From Lama glama (Eukaryota): DNA of 64,000 nt. The number at the start of each line of letters is the position of its first letter. Positions within the stretch are counted from its first letter, which is position 1. Of the stretch, positions 53,258 to 64,000 are shown piece after piece. The notes beneath the pieces were generated by a model. It was not told where the DNA came from and ran no database searches. It worked only from the letters and a program-made list of their open reading frames with translations. A program made the position numbers and the translations under genes. The DNA lies in assembly GCA_028534125.1 (NCBI GenBank), contig CM052818.1:39000001-39064000 (forward strand), given 5' to 3'.

Positions 53258-54591
53258 CACTTTCCTCAGTATGTAATATAGTACCTGTCATTTAGTTGGT
53301 ACACAAGAATTGTTTACATGGTTTGGTTATTTTTCTAATTGTAGCTATATGAACTTAAAGATTTGGTTGTATTCCACTTCTACATTTCTGTTACTGAAAT
53401 CTCTAACAGATTATTAACTTTCTTTTCATCACTTCTTAAAATGTGCTAATAATGTTCCTGTTACAGTAATTGTCTCTTCATTTTCTTCTGGGTATTTAAA
53501 TTACTATTTTAAATATTAATAAATTTCTGACCCCCAAAAAGATTACTGAATACTTTAAATTCCAGCCACTTTCCTGAAACTATTTTTAAAAATAAATGTA
53601 AAAGAAAAATTAATTCTGATTGTCAGATTTATCATATTTATACCAAAGAAGCAACTTAATGACAAGTATAGTGTTTTGTTACTTGGCAGTTGATTTTCTT
53701 CTAAACTATACTGATGTCTGTTAAAGCCGTCCTTTGAGTCAGTGCTTGTAGGTTATACCACAGCATCATTTAATAAATTCTTTTCTAATCTATACCTTCT
53801 TCAGGCAAACAAAAATAGCACACTACCTGAACATTACACATACCTCTGTGTGATACTTACATAGATGGACTTAAAATGAATGCCCCTTGTCCTGAATTGT
53901 TTAAATATTTACCTTTGTGAAATTAATGTGTATCATGCTTGTGTATAATCACTACAATAGCCATGGATTACAAAGAAGTAAAATTAGACCAGCCGTAAGA
54001 GTTTTCGCTTTTTTTAAATAAAATTTTGTGTTCCCTTTTTCACCCTGAGGTTTTACAGTAAAGAGTAGCTTTTAAAGTTACTTTTATTAAAGTTACTGAA
54101 TTCTGAAATTTTGGTTCAATTTGAAGTTTTCATTCTGCATCACAATCTCATAACAGACTAATCGAATAATCATACTTGATATACTCCCTTAAGCTCCCCA
54201 TGTTTCAGTTTTCAGTTTTAGAAAATAATAAAATTAAAAATTGTTGTCTTCATCTAAGATTTTCGATACCACCCTCTCCCTCAAATAAATCTCTCATTTT
54301 AATACTACTTTGGTAAGTTAAAGTTAAAGAGTACAAATACTAGAAATTTTTCCAAAGACCTTTTAGAATGTCCATGTGTTTTAATAGATTGTTCTAGGTG
54401 TCAAGAGCCAGTGATTGTATTTCTGATGTTAAGTATTTTGTATTTTTTTATGCTAGACTAATGTTTCATTGGATGTAAATATGTTCAGAGAATATCCAAA
54501 GGTGATTTGTGATATATACAAAGTTATCCAAGATAAATTTATTTATCTTTTATTTTATAATTTCATTAAGGAAATCATTTGTTCTTTGTAG

Positions 54592-54721
54592 GTTCTCCGT
54601 GCTGGAGCAGGTCAGCGCCCTCTTACTCCCAGTCAGGGCCAGCAAGGGCAGCAAGCTGAATCACTTGCAGCAGCAAATCCAACTTTGGCTTTTGGTCAGG
54701 GTCTTGCTACCGGCATGCCAG
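54592..54721 (+). CDS. PUM2: PUM2 exon 10, [43 protein letters not shown]
   Basis: Acceptor gttctttgtag|G, donor CAG|GTATAC, 130 nt. Confidence 0.95.
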
Positions 54722-55529
54722 GTATACAGTTGGTTAGTTGTGGAAATTTGAATAGATTTTAAACTTCAATGTTTAATGTAGATTTTCACACTGAAGAGGG
54801 AGAAAAATCAAGAAATGTCTTTAAAATATATTACAATAAATTGTTTAGAACTCAGATGCCAGTAGTTGGAATCAATTTGTGAGACTTGATAGGGATGGCA
54901 GATATGTATTAGAATTCTCAAAACCATTTTTTCTTAGTCTGTTCATGACATAAATCATAGCATCTTTACAGTGGAATGTACCCCAGAATTCTTAATGCAG
55001 TGCTTCAAGAAATAAAACCACTTGGTGGCTTGTAGGACAAAAACTATTTGCCATTTCTGCCATATAAGAACAGTCATTTAGTTAACACTGAAAAATGTGC
55101 AGCTAACGTTTTCCACTTAGAACATTGTTTAGTCTTATTTAGCACATTTATAGTATCTTATGGTATTGGTGTTTGTAACCTAATGGCATCAGTGTTTACA
55201 AAAATTTTTGGCCCATTGCCACATTACAACTTTTAGAAAAGACCAACAGAATACATTTTTTGTGGAGTAAATTTGTATGAAACTAAATACAAACTTATTA
55301 CTTTAACAATAGTGGAAGGTGGAAAGAAGGTGTTTTCTTAAGCTAATAAAGCAGCACTTGTTACGTTTTTAAAGTGAGATTTAAAGGCTACATTTGAATA
55401 TCAGTAGGTAATGCATCACTTCCCATTCTGTTCCTAGTTCTCTCCACTCCTGAAGGTTCACCTTTTCTTTTAAATATGCTATTTTTTCACTTTTAGTGTA
55501 TGAGTAGTTACTGCTGTAACTATATAGAT

Positions 55530-55745
55530 TACAACTGACCCATGAAGAACACTGATTTGAACTGCATGGATCCACTTACATGCAGATCTTTTTCAGTAAA
55601 TACAACACAATCTGTGGTTGGTTCAATTTGGCAGATGCAGAATAGCGGATATGGAGGGTTGACTGTAAAGTAATATGCAGATTTTCAGTAGACTGCACAG
55701 AGGGTCAGTGCCCCTAACTCCTGCATTGTTCCAGAGTCGGCTGTG
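55530..55745. mobile_element. MER8/Tigger2-like TcMar element
   Basis: tacaactgacccatgaagaacac...tttgaactgcatggatccacttacatgcagat ... gcccctaactcctgcattgttc; degenerate TIRs. Confidence 0.7.
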
Positions 55746-57806
55746 CTTATTAATGAAATACGTGCTGTAGTTTCCACTTAATTGTACTGTAGTTAAATTT
55801 TCTATTCAGATCATTTAGGAAATTTGATGTATTAGAAAGGGTCCTGACTTACATGACTGAGGGTTTCTTTACATGCTGCTGAATGTTTCTGTGTGTTAAT
55901 TGGAGGATTTCTCTATCAATTACATTGATTCTGTTCTCTGAAATTCTAAGGTCTGGGTTTATCATCTTGTCTAGCCTGCTGAATGAAAAGATGTTAACAT
56001 TGCCGTCCCCAAAGTATAGATGATGGTAGAATGGGGTCATTCTCATTTTTTTTTTTTCACCCCAGCTATATACTTGCTTCATGGAAGCTACAGTCCAATA
56101 GCAAATATACATTAGAGACCCTGGCAAAAGCAGCCCTTTGAGAAATGGACTATAAAGTTGAAGTTGTAGACACATGGAGGGACATGAAACAGGGCTAAAA
56201 TGAATTGAGCTGGGAGCTTATGAAAGCCACCTCTGAGACTACTCTGGGTCCCTTTTGGGGTTTAGCTATAAGCAGAAAAGGGCAAACAGTCACAGCATGT
56301 AACAGTCCTGTCTCACTAGATTCTAAGTAGGACATTGCTACTGTATATATTTGCTATTCCTTTTCACTATTACTTCATCTTTCTAGACTCTTGGCGCTGG
56401 TTCTATAACCCATTTCCTATAAATGCCTTTGTTTCCTTTCTTCACATTCAGCTCATGTTCTTACTTACTAAAGATATTGAGGTATTTTGCTATTGATTTT
56501 TATCAACTCTGGTCTTCTCAAAATTTATTTTTATGTTCATGTCTCTCCATTCTCTGAGAAAATTCTTTATTTTTGTTTGTTTTGTTCATAAGTGAACTCT
56601 ATGTTGGTAATCCTAAAAGAAAACTACTTTTTACACTATATTTGTCTAAAAACAATTGACTATCATTGGAGTGATGAGAAAATTAAAAACAGGTAAAACT
56701 TTTAGGAAAAAAGAACGGATTATTTTATCTCACCTCAGCCACAACTCTAGTCTCTTTACAAATATAAATATAAAAATCATTCTCATAAAAGGGGCTTTCC
56801 TGGTATTAATATTTATATCCCTAAGTGACTTTTTAACTGTTCATATGATTCCCTCACTGTAAAACTTTTCTCTCATACCTTCTGTACTTAATTCTGCCTA
56901 GGACTATTATGAAATAATTCCTTATTCAAATAGTTACATTGTTATAAAGCTTAGTGTGCTAATACAAGAGCCTCAGTTAAGAAAATTGATGTTTGTTTCT
57001 TCAAGACTCATACGGTCTTTTGCTTGTCCACCTTCTGTCTTCACTTTTCATCCATCGAATCCCTGGTCCTCATACTATATTGATTATAGACTTTTAGTCC
57101 TTCTGCTTGATCATATATGCCATCTGGTTTTTTTTGGTCTCATATTTTTAGCCTTTGTCCCTCACCCACCTCATTTCCTACAACTACTGTGCTAGTCTGC
57201 CTCTTTATTCTAAAAAGCTTTCTCTGTCTTATACTCTCCTTCTGGACTACCTTTCAAATTTTATGTTCTCCGTACTTGTTTTAAGCCCTGCCTCCATGAT
57301 TCCTTTTCAGTAGCTCTAATGTAACTCAGGAACAATTGCCAAAGTATGACTTCCTCTCCTCCATCCTTATTTTTCTCAGTTCTTTGTTGCATTACACCAT
57401 AGTGAATATGTCAGCTTTCTGCACCTCCTCTCTGCTCCATTTGTGTGATATTTTACTTTCCTCACTTTCCCATCTTACTGCTTTTTGTCAATCTCCCTTT
57501 CTTCTTTATATCATTTTAACATAAAAGACAATGTGGCTTAGTGACTAGATGCCTTGGAGTCAGAGCTGCCATTATTGCTCTACCACTTAGTTGTGTCACC
57601 TCTCTGAACTTCACTTTCGATATTGGAAAAAATAGAAATACTTTACACTTTTTCTGTGGGAGAGTCTTACCTACTTTGATCTTTTCACCTGTCATCCTTG
57701 TGCCAGTAAACCAGTGAGTTTCCATCTGCATCTTGGGTTCTTTTCTGAACACCTAACACATTTCTACCTTTGTACAGGATATTATTTATATGATCCAGCT
57801 ACTCCT

Positions 57807-57936
57807 CGTAATTCTTTTTTGGGAGGCAGAGGGAGGTAATTAGGTTTATTTATTTTTAGAGAAGGTACTGGGGATTGAACCCAGGACCTTGTGCATGCTA
57901 AGCATGCACTCTACCACTTGAGCTATACCCTCCCCC
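57807..57936 (-). mobile_element. tRNA-derived SINE (Vic-1-like), well preserved
   Basis: Reverse reads GGGGAGGGTATAGCTCAAGTGGTAGAGTGCATGCTTAGCATGCACAAGGTCCTGGGTTCAATCCCCAGTACC...AAATAAATAAACCTAATTACCTCCC. Perfect 12-bp TSD ccagctactcct (57795-57806 / 57937-57948). Confidence 0.92.
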
Positions 57937-58989
57937 CCAGCTACTCCTTACACTGAAAATGTCCAAAAATGAACTCATGTCTCCCAAATTTGCTTATCTT
58001 GTCGTTTACCCTATTTCACTATTAACTCCGCTGTCCCCTTGAACTAGAAATTTTTGGCTTCACTCTCAGAGTCATCTTAAACTTTTGGTTTTCTTTTATG
58101 CTCCACATTCAGTAATTTGCCAATTCTTGATTATTCTGTCTCATATTCATTTCTTTTCATCTCTGCTTTTCTTGTTAAGATTCTCCCATATCCTTCTACA
58201 ACTGTGTCTGCCTCAAACCTTTTGTTTATTTCCTCTTTTTATTCTCCTTTCAGTTGCCTTTCAGAAATACAGATTAGTTTATACCATTTCGATTCTTAAC
58301 ATTTTCATTCATCTAGCTCCAAGCTCCCTTTTAATCTAATCAGTGTCCCGCAGTCGTGTGCTTTAACACACTAGATCACATACTGTTCCACTAACATACT
58401 TGTACTTCTGGGCCTCTGGCCCTAGCTAATGTTTTTAGCTTAGAATACCTTTTTATAAATTTTCAGCGAAACTGGGGTATATAATTTTACATTTTCCTTT
58501 TTAAGGCCTCGTTTTATAAATGCTTTATGATTAACTTTCCTCCTCACAGCATCCTTTCCATGAAGCCTTCCCTAATCTTTCCCATTGCTTGTTCATTAAT
58601 AATTATTTCTCCTGCCATTCTTATGGCACATAATTTGCAACATGTTGTTTTTTTTTTAGTACTTTTGTCTGCCTTGCATTTCATTTATCAATTTTTTGGT
58701 TTGTTTTCTCAGTTTACTTATTTTACCATATTTGGAGGTGAGAAGTATCTTAAAGTGGAAGAATTTTGTATCTTTCCCTAAGGAAAGTTATTACATTAAT
58801 GTCATGTCTAAAAATAAATGGCATCTTAGAATTAAGAATATATTTCATTACCTTCTCTGTAAATTATATAATTCTTGAATGTGGGGACTGTCTTCTTTTT
58901 TAATCCCTTGTGTCTTGTCAAGTTCTCTAAGTATAAAGGTATACAGTAGAAGTATACAGTAAGTATACAATAGAAAGTAGAAACTTTTA

Positions 58990-61700
58990 AACTGAATGAT
59001 TATGAAAATGCTATATATTTAAACTTGAGGACTACACCTAAAACAAACATAGATGAGAAATACATAAGCTTGAATGCATACACTAGAAAATAAGTTTCTA
59101 TCTGGGAACTATAAAGGGAAGATAATAAGCCCAAAGAATTGTAGCAAGAAGCCAAATAGTAAAGATAGAACTGATGTGGATGAAGTAGGCAACAAACATA
59201 CAGTAAAAAGGTCAAATTATCCCATAAGTTACTTCTTTGAAAAGGCTAATGAGATTGATAAACTTCTGAGAGGCTCATCCAAAAAAAGATAAAGGGATAA
59301 GACATAAATACCAATATCAGAAAAAATAAAATAATCATAATAGGATATTAGGAACCAGCCTCATTTTAAGAAAGTGGAAAATGACTAGGAAAATGTTACC
59401 AAATAGACTCAGGGATATTTAGAAAATCTGAAGTCCATTACCATTAAATCAACTGAGTAATCAAAAATCTTCTAAGAAAATTCCGGGCCAACACAACTTC
59501 AGAGGTGAATGATACTGGTCATTTAAGGAAGAACTAATTCTAACAATTCCAGTTTTTAAAATTCTAGAGAATAGAAAAGGAGGGTGTACTTCAAGTCATT
59601 TCATGCTGTAAGCATAATCTTCATATTAAAACCCATCAAAGACAGAGAAAAGAAAACTGGATTTAGAAATCCTGAGTTAAATATTAGCAAACCAGATCTG
59701 GCAATATAAAGCAAGATAATATATAACGTACAAGTTGATTTAATCCCAAGAACGCAAGGTGAACATTAGTAAGTCACACAGCATAATTTGCTACATTAAA
59801 AAAATAAAAGAGAATAATCATGAGAACTTACCAAAAGATGCAAGAAAAGCATAATAAATTTATATGTTGACTTTTTGAACAAAGCTCTCTTTAACAAATA
59901 TGAACCAGAAGAACTTCTTAAATATGCTAGGGGGAGATTACCCCCCTCACCACCACCTCAAACAAATGAATGACAAGCTTCCATAGGAAATACTGAAAGT
60001 TTTCCCTTTAACACTAGAAATAAAACAAGCATTTCTACTAATGTTATTTCTCTTCAACATTATATTAAAGATCCTAGCCAGTGCTATAACATGAAGGAAA
60101 TTCTAATAAAATGAAAAAGTTCTATAAAGGAAGAAACAGGACTGTCATTTGCAGAAAATATAGTTGTATATTAACTGAATCTGCGTATAAAGTATTAGGA
60201 TTAATTTTTTTTGTTCAGGTTTTGGGGTATAAAAACCAAGTTAAATTTTTTTTCTATTAGTCAACAACGTAATGTTTTGAAATGAAAAATTTTGAAGAAG
60301 ATTATTAAACATGCCAGTTCTCCCCGTGTTAACCTATAGTTTCAGTGTATTCCCAATCAAAAATACTAATGGATTCTTTCTGTGGTTCTTTTTGAAAACT
60401 GATAATAAAATTTAATGAAAATGCAAAGAATCAAGATTAACCAAAACACTCTTAAAAAGAAAAAGTAGGAGGACTTACTCTATTCTGACTTACACCCTAA
60501 GGTAAGATTTACTCTAAAGCCATAGTTGAATTGTATGAAGAGAGAAACAGACCAGTGAGACAGAATAGATACCTCCGAAGTGAGATCCTGAAAGAAATGG
60601 GCACCTAATTAATAGCAAAGAAAACAGCACGAAACTGTAGGGAGAAATGACTTGTTTTGTAAATAAGATGAAATTAAGAAAATTGATATATTTGGGCAAC
60701 AGATTGAACCCCTGCCTTACCGTATATCCAGTAATTGACTCCATTTGGATTTTAGATGTAAATGAGGAAAAGTGGAATTTTAAAGCTGTTAGAAGGTAAT
60801 ACAGGAAAAAGTTATGAAAATAAAGGAAATAATAAATTTAAATCCACTGCTTCAAAAGTCATCATAAAGAGAATGGAAGGTCAGGCTAGGAATGGAAGCA
60901 GATACATGCAGTATATTAAAACAGTGGAAAACTTTGGTTTAGCATACATAAAAGATTTTGAATCAGTAAGAAAAGACAGCCCAACTGGAAAATGGGTGAA
61001 AGAGACTTGAACAGCTGTTTCCCAAAAGGAAATCCAGATGCCCAGTTAGCATATGAAAAGATGCTCAGCCTCCTTAGTAATGGGGAAAGATCAAAACCAC
61101 GAGAATACTTTTGCATATCTTCCATATTAGCCAGTTTTTTAAAGTCTGATAGTATCATTAAAGTCATAGAGCAGTGGGAACTCTAATACGAAGGTAATAA
61201 AAGTGTAAATTTGCACAGCCACTTTGGAGGCAGTTTGGCATCATTTACAAGTTTGAAAATATACATACCCTGTGACTCAGGGTATCTACTACTAGATATA
61301 TACCTTAGAATAAAGAAATACATACATGTACCAGGATACATGTACAAACATGTTTGTGGCAGTACTTTTGGCAGTGGCCCTAAACTAGGAATAGTGTAAA
61401 TGCAGAATGGATAAATTCATTGTGCTTTTTGCCCAATGAGGTGGTATGCAGTAGTGAAATTGGAAACTAGGAAAGTCTGTATATAACCACATGGATGAAT
61501 CATACATAAAATTTTTTAAATAATTCAAACCAAACGATTAGAGAGAAGCATTTATGGAAAACAGAATGATGGGCAGTTCAAAGGGACAGAGAAGATGTGG
61601 TAGAGCTGGGACATGCCAGAGGTGGGGTGCTGTGCAGTTTTCTATTCTTGACTTTAATGGTGGTTACACCTTTTCTTGTTATAGTCATTATGCTGTACTT
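58990..61700 (+). mobile_element. Degraded L1 (ORF2 through 3'UTR), about 2.7 kb, sense to PUM2
   Basis: A-rich with L1 ORF2 remnants (SYFFEKANEIDKLL; aaaagatgcaagaaaagcat; tcttcaacattatattaaagatcctagccagtgc; AYEKMLSLL; gcacagccactttggaggcagtttggca). Confidence 0.85.
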
Positions 61701-61789
61701 ATGTTTTATTTCACAGTAACAAATTTTTAAGCACGTAAGTATCATGCTGTGCTAATGAACTACATTTTCTGGTTAAGAAAAAAATTACT

Positions 61790-62330
61790 CTCAGCCCCCT
61801 TTCTCTAGTTCCCTTCCAGTCTTTTTTACAGCAGAACTCTTCAAAAGTATTTCTGTACTTGTTTGTGGTTCTTCCATTCTTTACTGAACTCACCAAAGTT
61901 TGGTTTTCATCCTTACCAGAATGACTTCCATGTTGCTTAGTCCATTGATCAAGTTCTCAGCTCTTAATGGCTCTTGGCAACATTTGACATAGTTGAACAG
62001 TCTTCGTTCAAATTCTTTTTTGTTCGGCCTTCAGCAGACCACATTGTTCCATTTTCTTTCTTCCTTGCTGGCTATTCCCTCTCAGTCTCTTCCCTGGTTC
62101 CTCATCTCTTCAGCCTCTTTATGTGAAATACCCTCAGTCCCTAGGCCCCTTTTTTTTATTTTCTTGGTGGTTTAATCCTTTTTAGTTTATGCTATCCTTA
62201 TGTTGACCTCTCAGATTTATAACTCTAGCCTGGACTTCTCTCCTAAATTCTAGACTTGTATATCCTATTGGACATTTATAGTCAGATATCTAATAATCTT
62301 CTGAAATTTATCATGTTCTTTCCACGAGGT
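61790..62330 (+). mobile_element. L2 fragment
   Basis: aatgacttccatgttgct...gcaacatttgacatagttga...tctcagatttataactctagcctggacttctctcct. Confidence 0.65.
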
Positions 62331-63413
62331 GAGGGCTTAAAATCTCAACATGGCTGGTCCTTCTAATTCATATCCATTATAATAAAACTGTAATTGTGAA
62401 AGAGAATTGCTGCATTTAATTAAAATAACTGCAGGTGAAAGTTTTGGTCTTGGTGGTAAAGATAGAGTTTAAACTTTAAAGTATTTGAGGGTGCCAGTAC
62501 ATATTTGCAAATAGTCATCAGATTTTTGAGGCTGAGTCCTTGTTACTAAGACAGCCTTTCTCAGCCTGAGTTCTGGGAGAGAATAAGCCTGTTGCCCTAT
62601 GGTGTCCACTGTATAGTTAACTGTTCTCCCATGCATCTAGAGTGGTTCTTGTTAGGAACATCCTTGAGAAAACTGGCAAAATAGTCAGTTTTCTGTTCAA
62701 AATGGTCATTTTCTGTTCTGTGGTTCAGATGAGGAATTCCTACTGAGAAAGGCTACTAAGAGGTAAACGTCACTTCTGCAGTTCTGAATAATGCAAATTG
62801 TCACCTGCCTTATGCTCAAGGCTGTTAGAAAACTAATGCCTACATGATTTTATTCAAATTCTAGTTTAAGAACCTTTACAAATTGACTGTTACCTTATAG
62901 TTTTAAGATATCTGTTTATATCATGATTTAAGTTTTTAAAGAGATGCTTACAAATGCAAATCTGAGGGAATGTTGGTAATGAGGCACTTGGTTTAGAAAT
63001 TTACTACAATTGCATCATAAATCTTAGTGTTCTTCCTCACTTCCCCAAGTCTTTCTATTCATTCTCCTCCAAGGAGAACTGACTAATTGGTAATAATTTT
63101 CAGCTATCAGCCCTTGATTGCCTGTAGTTTCTGTATCAAGGAATATACCTCATTATTTTGTGGTCTATAAGCAAAAGGCATCTCTGTTAAAATTTACAGA
63201 AAAAAATTTACTTATGCTCTATTGCATTTTCGTATATTTAGTAATACCTTCTCAGATGTGTTTGCTTTTTATATGGTAACTATTTAAGGATATTATATTA
63301 AAAGTTTAAATAGCTGTGTTTTCTGGTTGATTAAAAACACAAATGGGGGGGAATAAATACATGTTTTCTATAGTAAATGTTTTCATTGTGAGCATTATTT
63401 TAATATTATCTAG

Positions 63414-63557
63414 GCTATCAAGTACTAGCTCCAACTGCCTATTATGATCAGACTGGTGCCTTAGTGGTTGGCCCTGGAGCAAGAACTGGCCTCGGAGCTC
63501 CAGTTCGATTAATGGCTCCAACACCTGTTTTAATTAGTTCAGCAGCAGCACAAGCTG
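63414..63557 (+). CDS. PUM2: PUM2 exon 11, [48 protein letters not shown]
   Basis: Acceptor attatctag|G, donor CTG|GTAAGT, 144 nt. Confidence 0.96.
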
Positions 63558-63673
63558 GTAAGTATAACTGATGTTTTCAGGGATAATGTTTTTCTGGTGG
63601 TGTTTGAGATATTTTAAAAATAGAAAATGGGTTTCTGGGTAGTTTTAAGAAGTGTCTGAAATTTATTTTACAG

Positions 63674-63961
63674 CAGCGGCAGCAGCAGCTGGAGGAACTG
63701 CAAATAGTCTCACAGGCAGCACAAATGGTCTATTCCGGCCAATTGGCACTCAGCCACCACCGCAGCAGCAGCAGCAGCAGCCAAGCACTAATCTACAGTC
63801 TAATTCATTTTATGGGAGCACTTCTTTGACTAATAGCTCCCAGAGCAGTTCTTTATTTTCTCACGGACCCGGGCAACCTGGAAGTACATCTCTTGGCTTT
63901 GGAAGCAGCAGCTCTTTGGGTGCTGCTATAGGCTCCGCCCTCAGTGGATTCGGTTCATCAG
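63674..63961 (+). CDS. PUM2: PUM2 exon 12, [36 protein letters not shown]...SALSGFGSS
   Basis: Acceptor ttattttacag|C (alternative CAG 3 nt downstream), donor CAG|GTAAGT, 288 nt; lies within ORF track 63652..63996. Confidence 0.95.
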
Positions 63962-64000
63962 GTAAGTTTCTTTTTAAGATGAGTGTACTCTGCTAAATGG

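Overview
This is mammalian genomic DNA, not prokaryotic. The window holds the promoter CpG island (~9.7-10.9 kb) and the 5' part of PUM2 (Pumilio RNA-binding family member 2) on the + strand. There is a non-coding first exon (donor after 10403, with alternative donors upstream), a ~19 kb first intron, and 11 coding exons from ATG 29538 to 63961. These join through GT-AG introns into 1711 nt of continuous frame (570 codons + 1 nt). That covers the N-terminal low-complexity region; the PUM-HD lies beyond the window. The rest is intergenic or intronic sequence with L1, L2, MIR, MER and LTR relics. Four tRNA-Ala-like SINEs resemble the camelid Vic-1 family, which suggests a camel/alpaca-type genome (inference). 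I found no evidence of a new protein-coding system. The best leads are regulatory: a micro-uORF overlapping the PUM2 start codon, a candidate poison exon or recursive splice site in intron 2, a G-rich 3' splice site, tandem acceptors, and inverted SINEs flanking exon blocks. Repeat family names and human comparisons are from memory, not from a search, and repeat boundaries are approximate.
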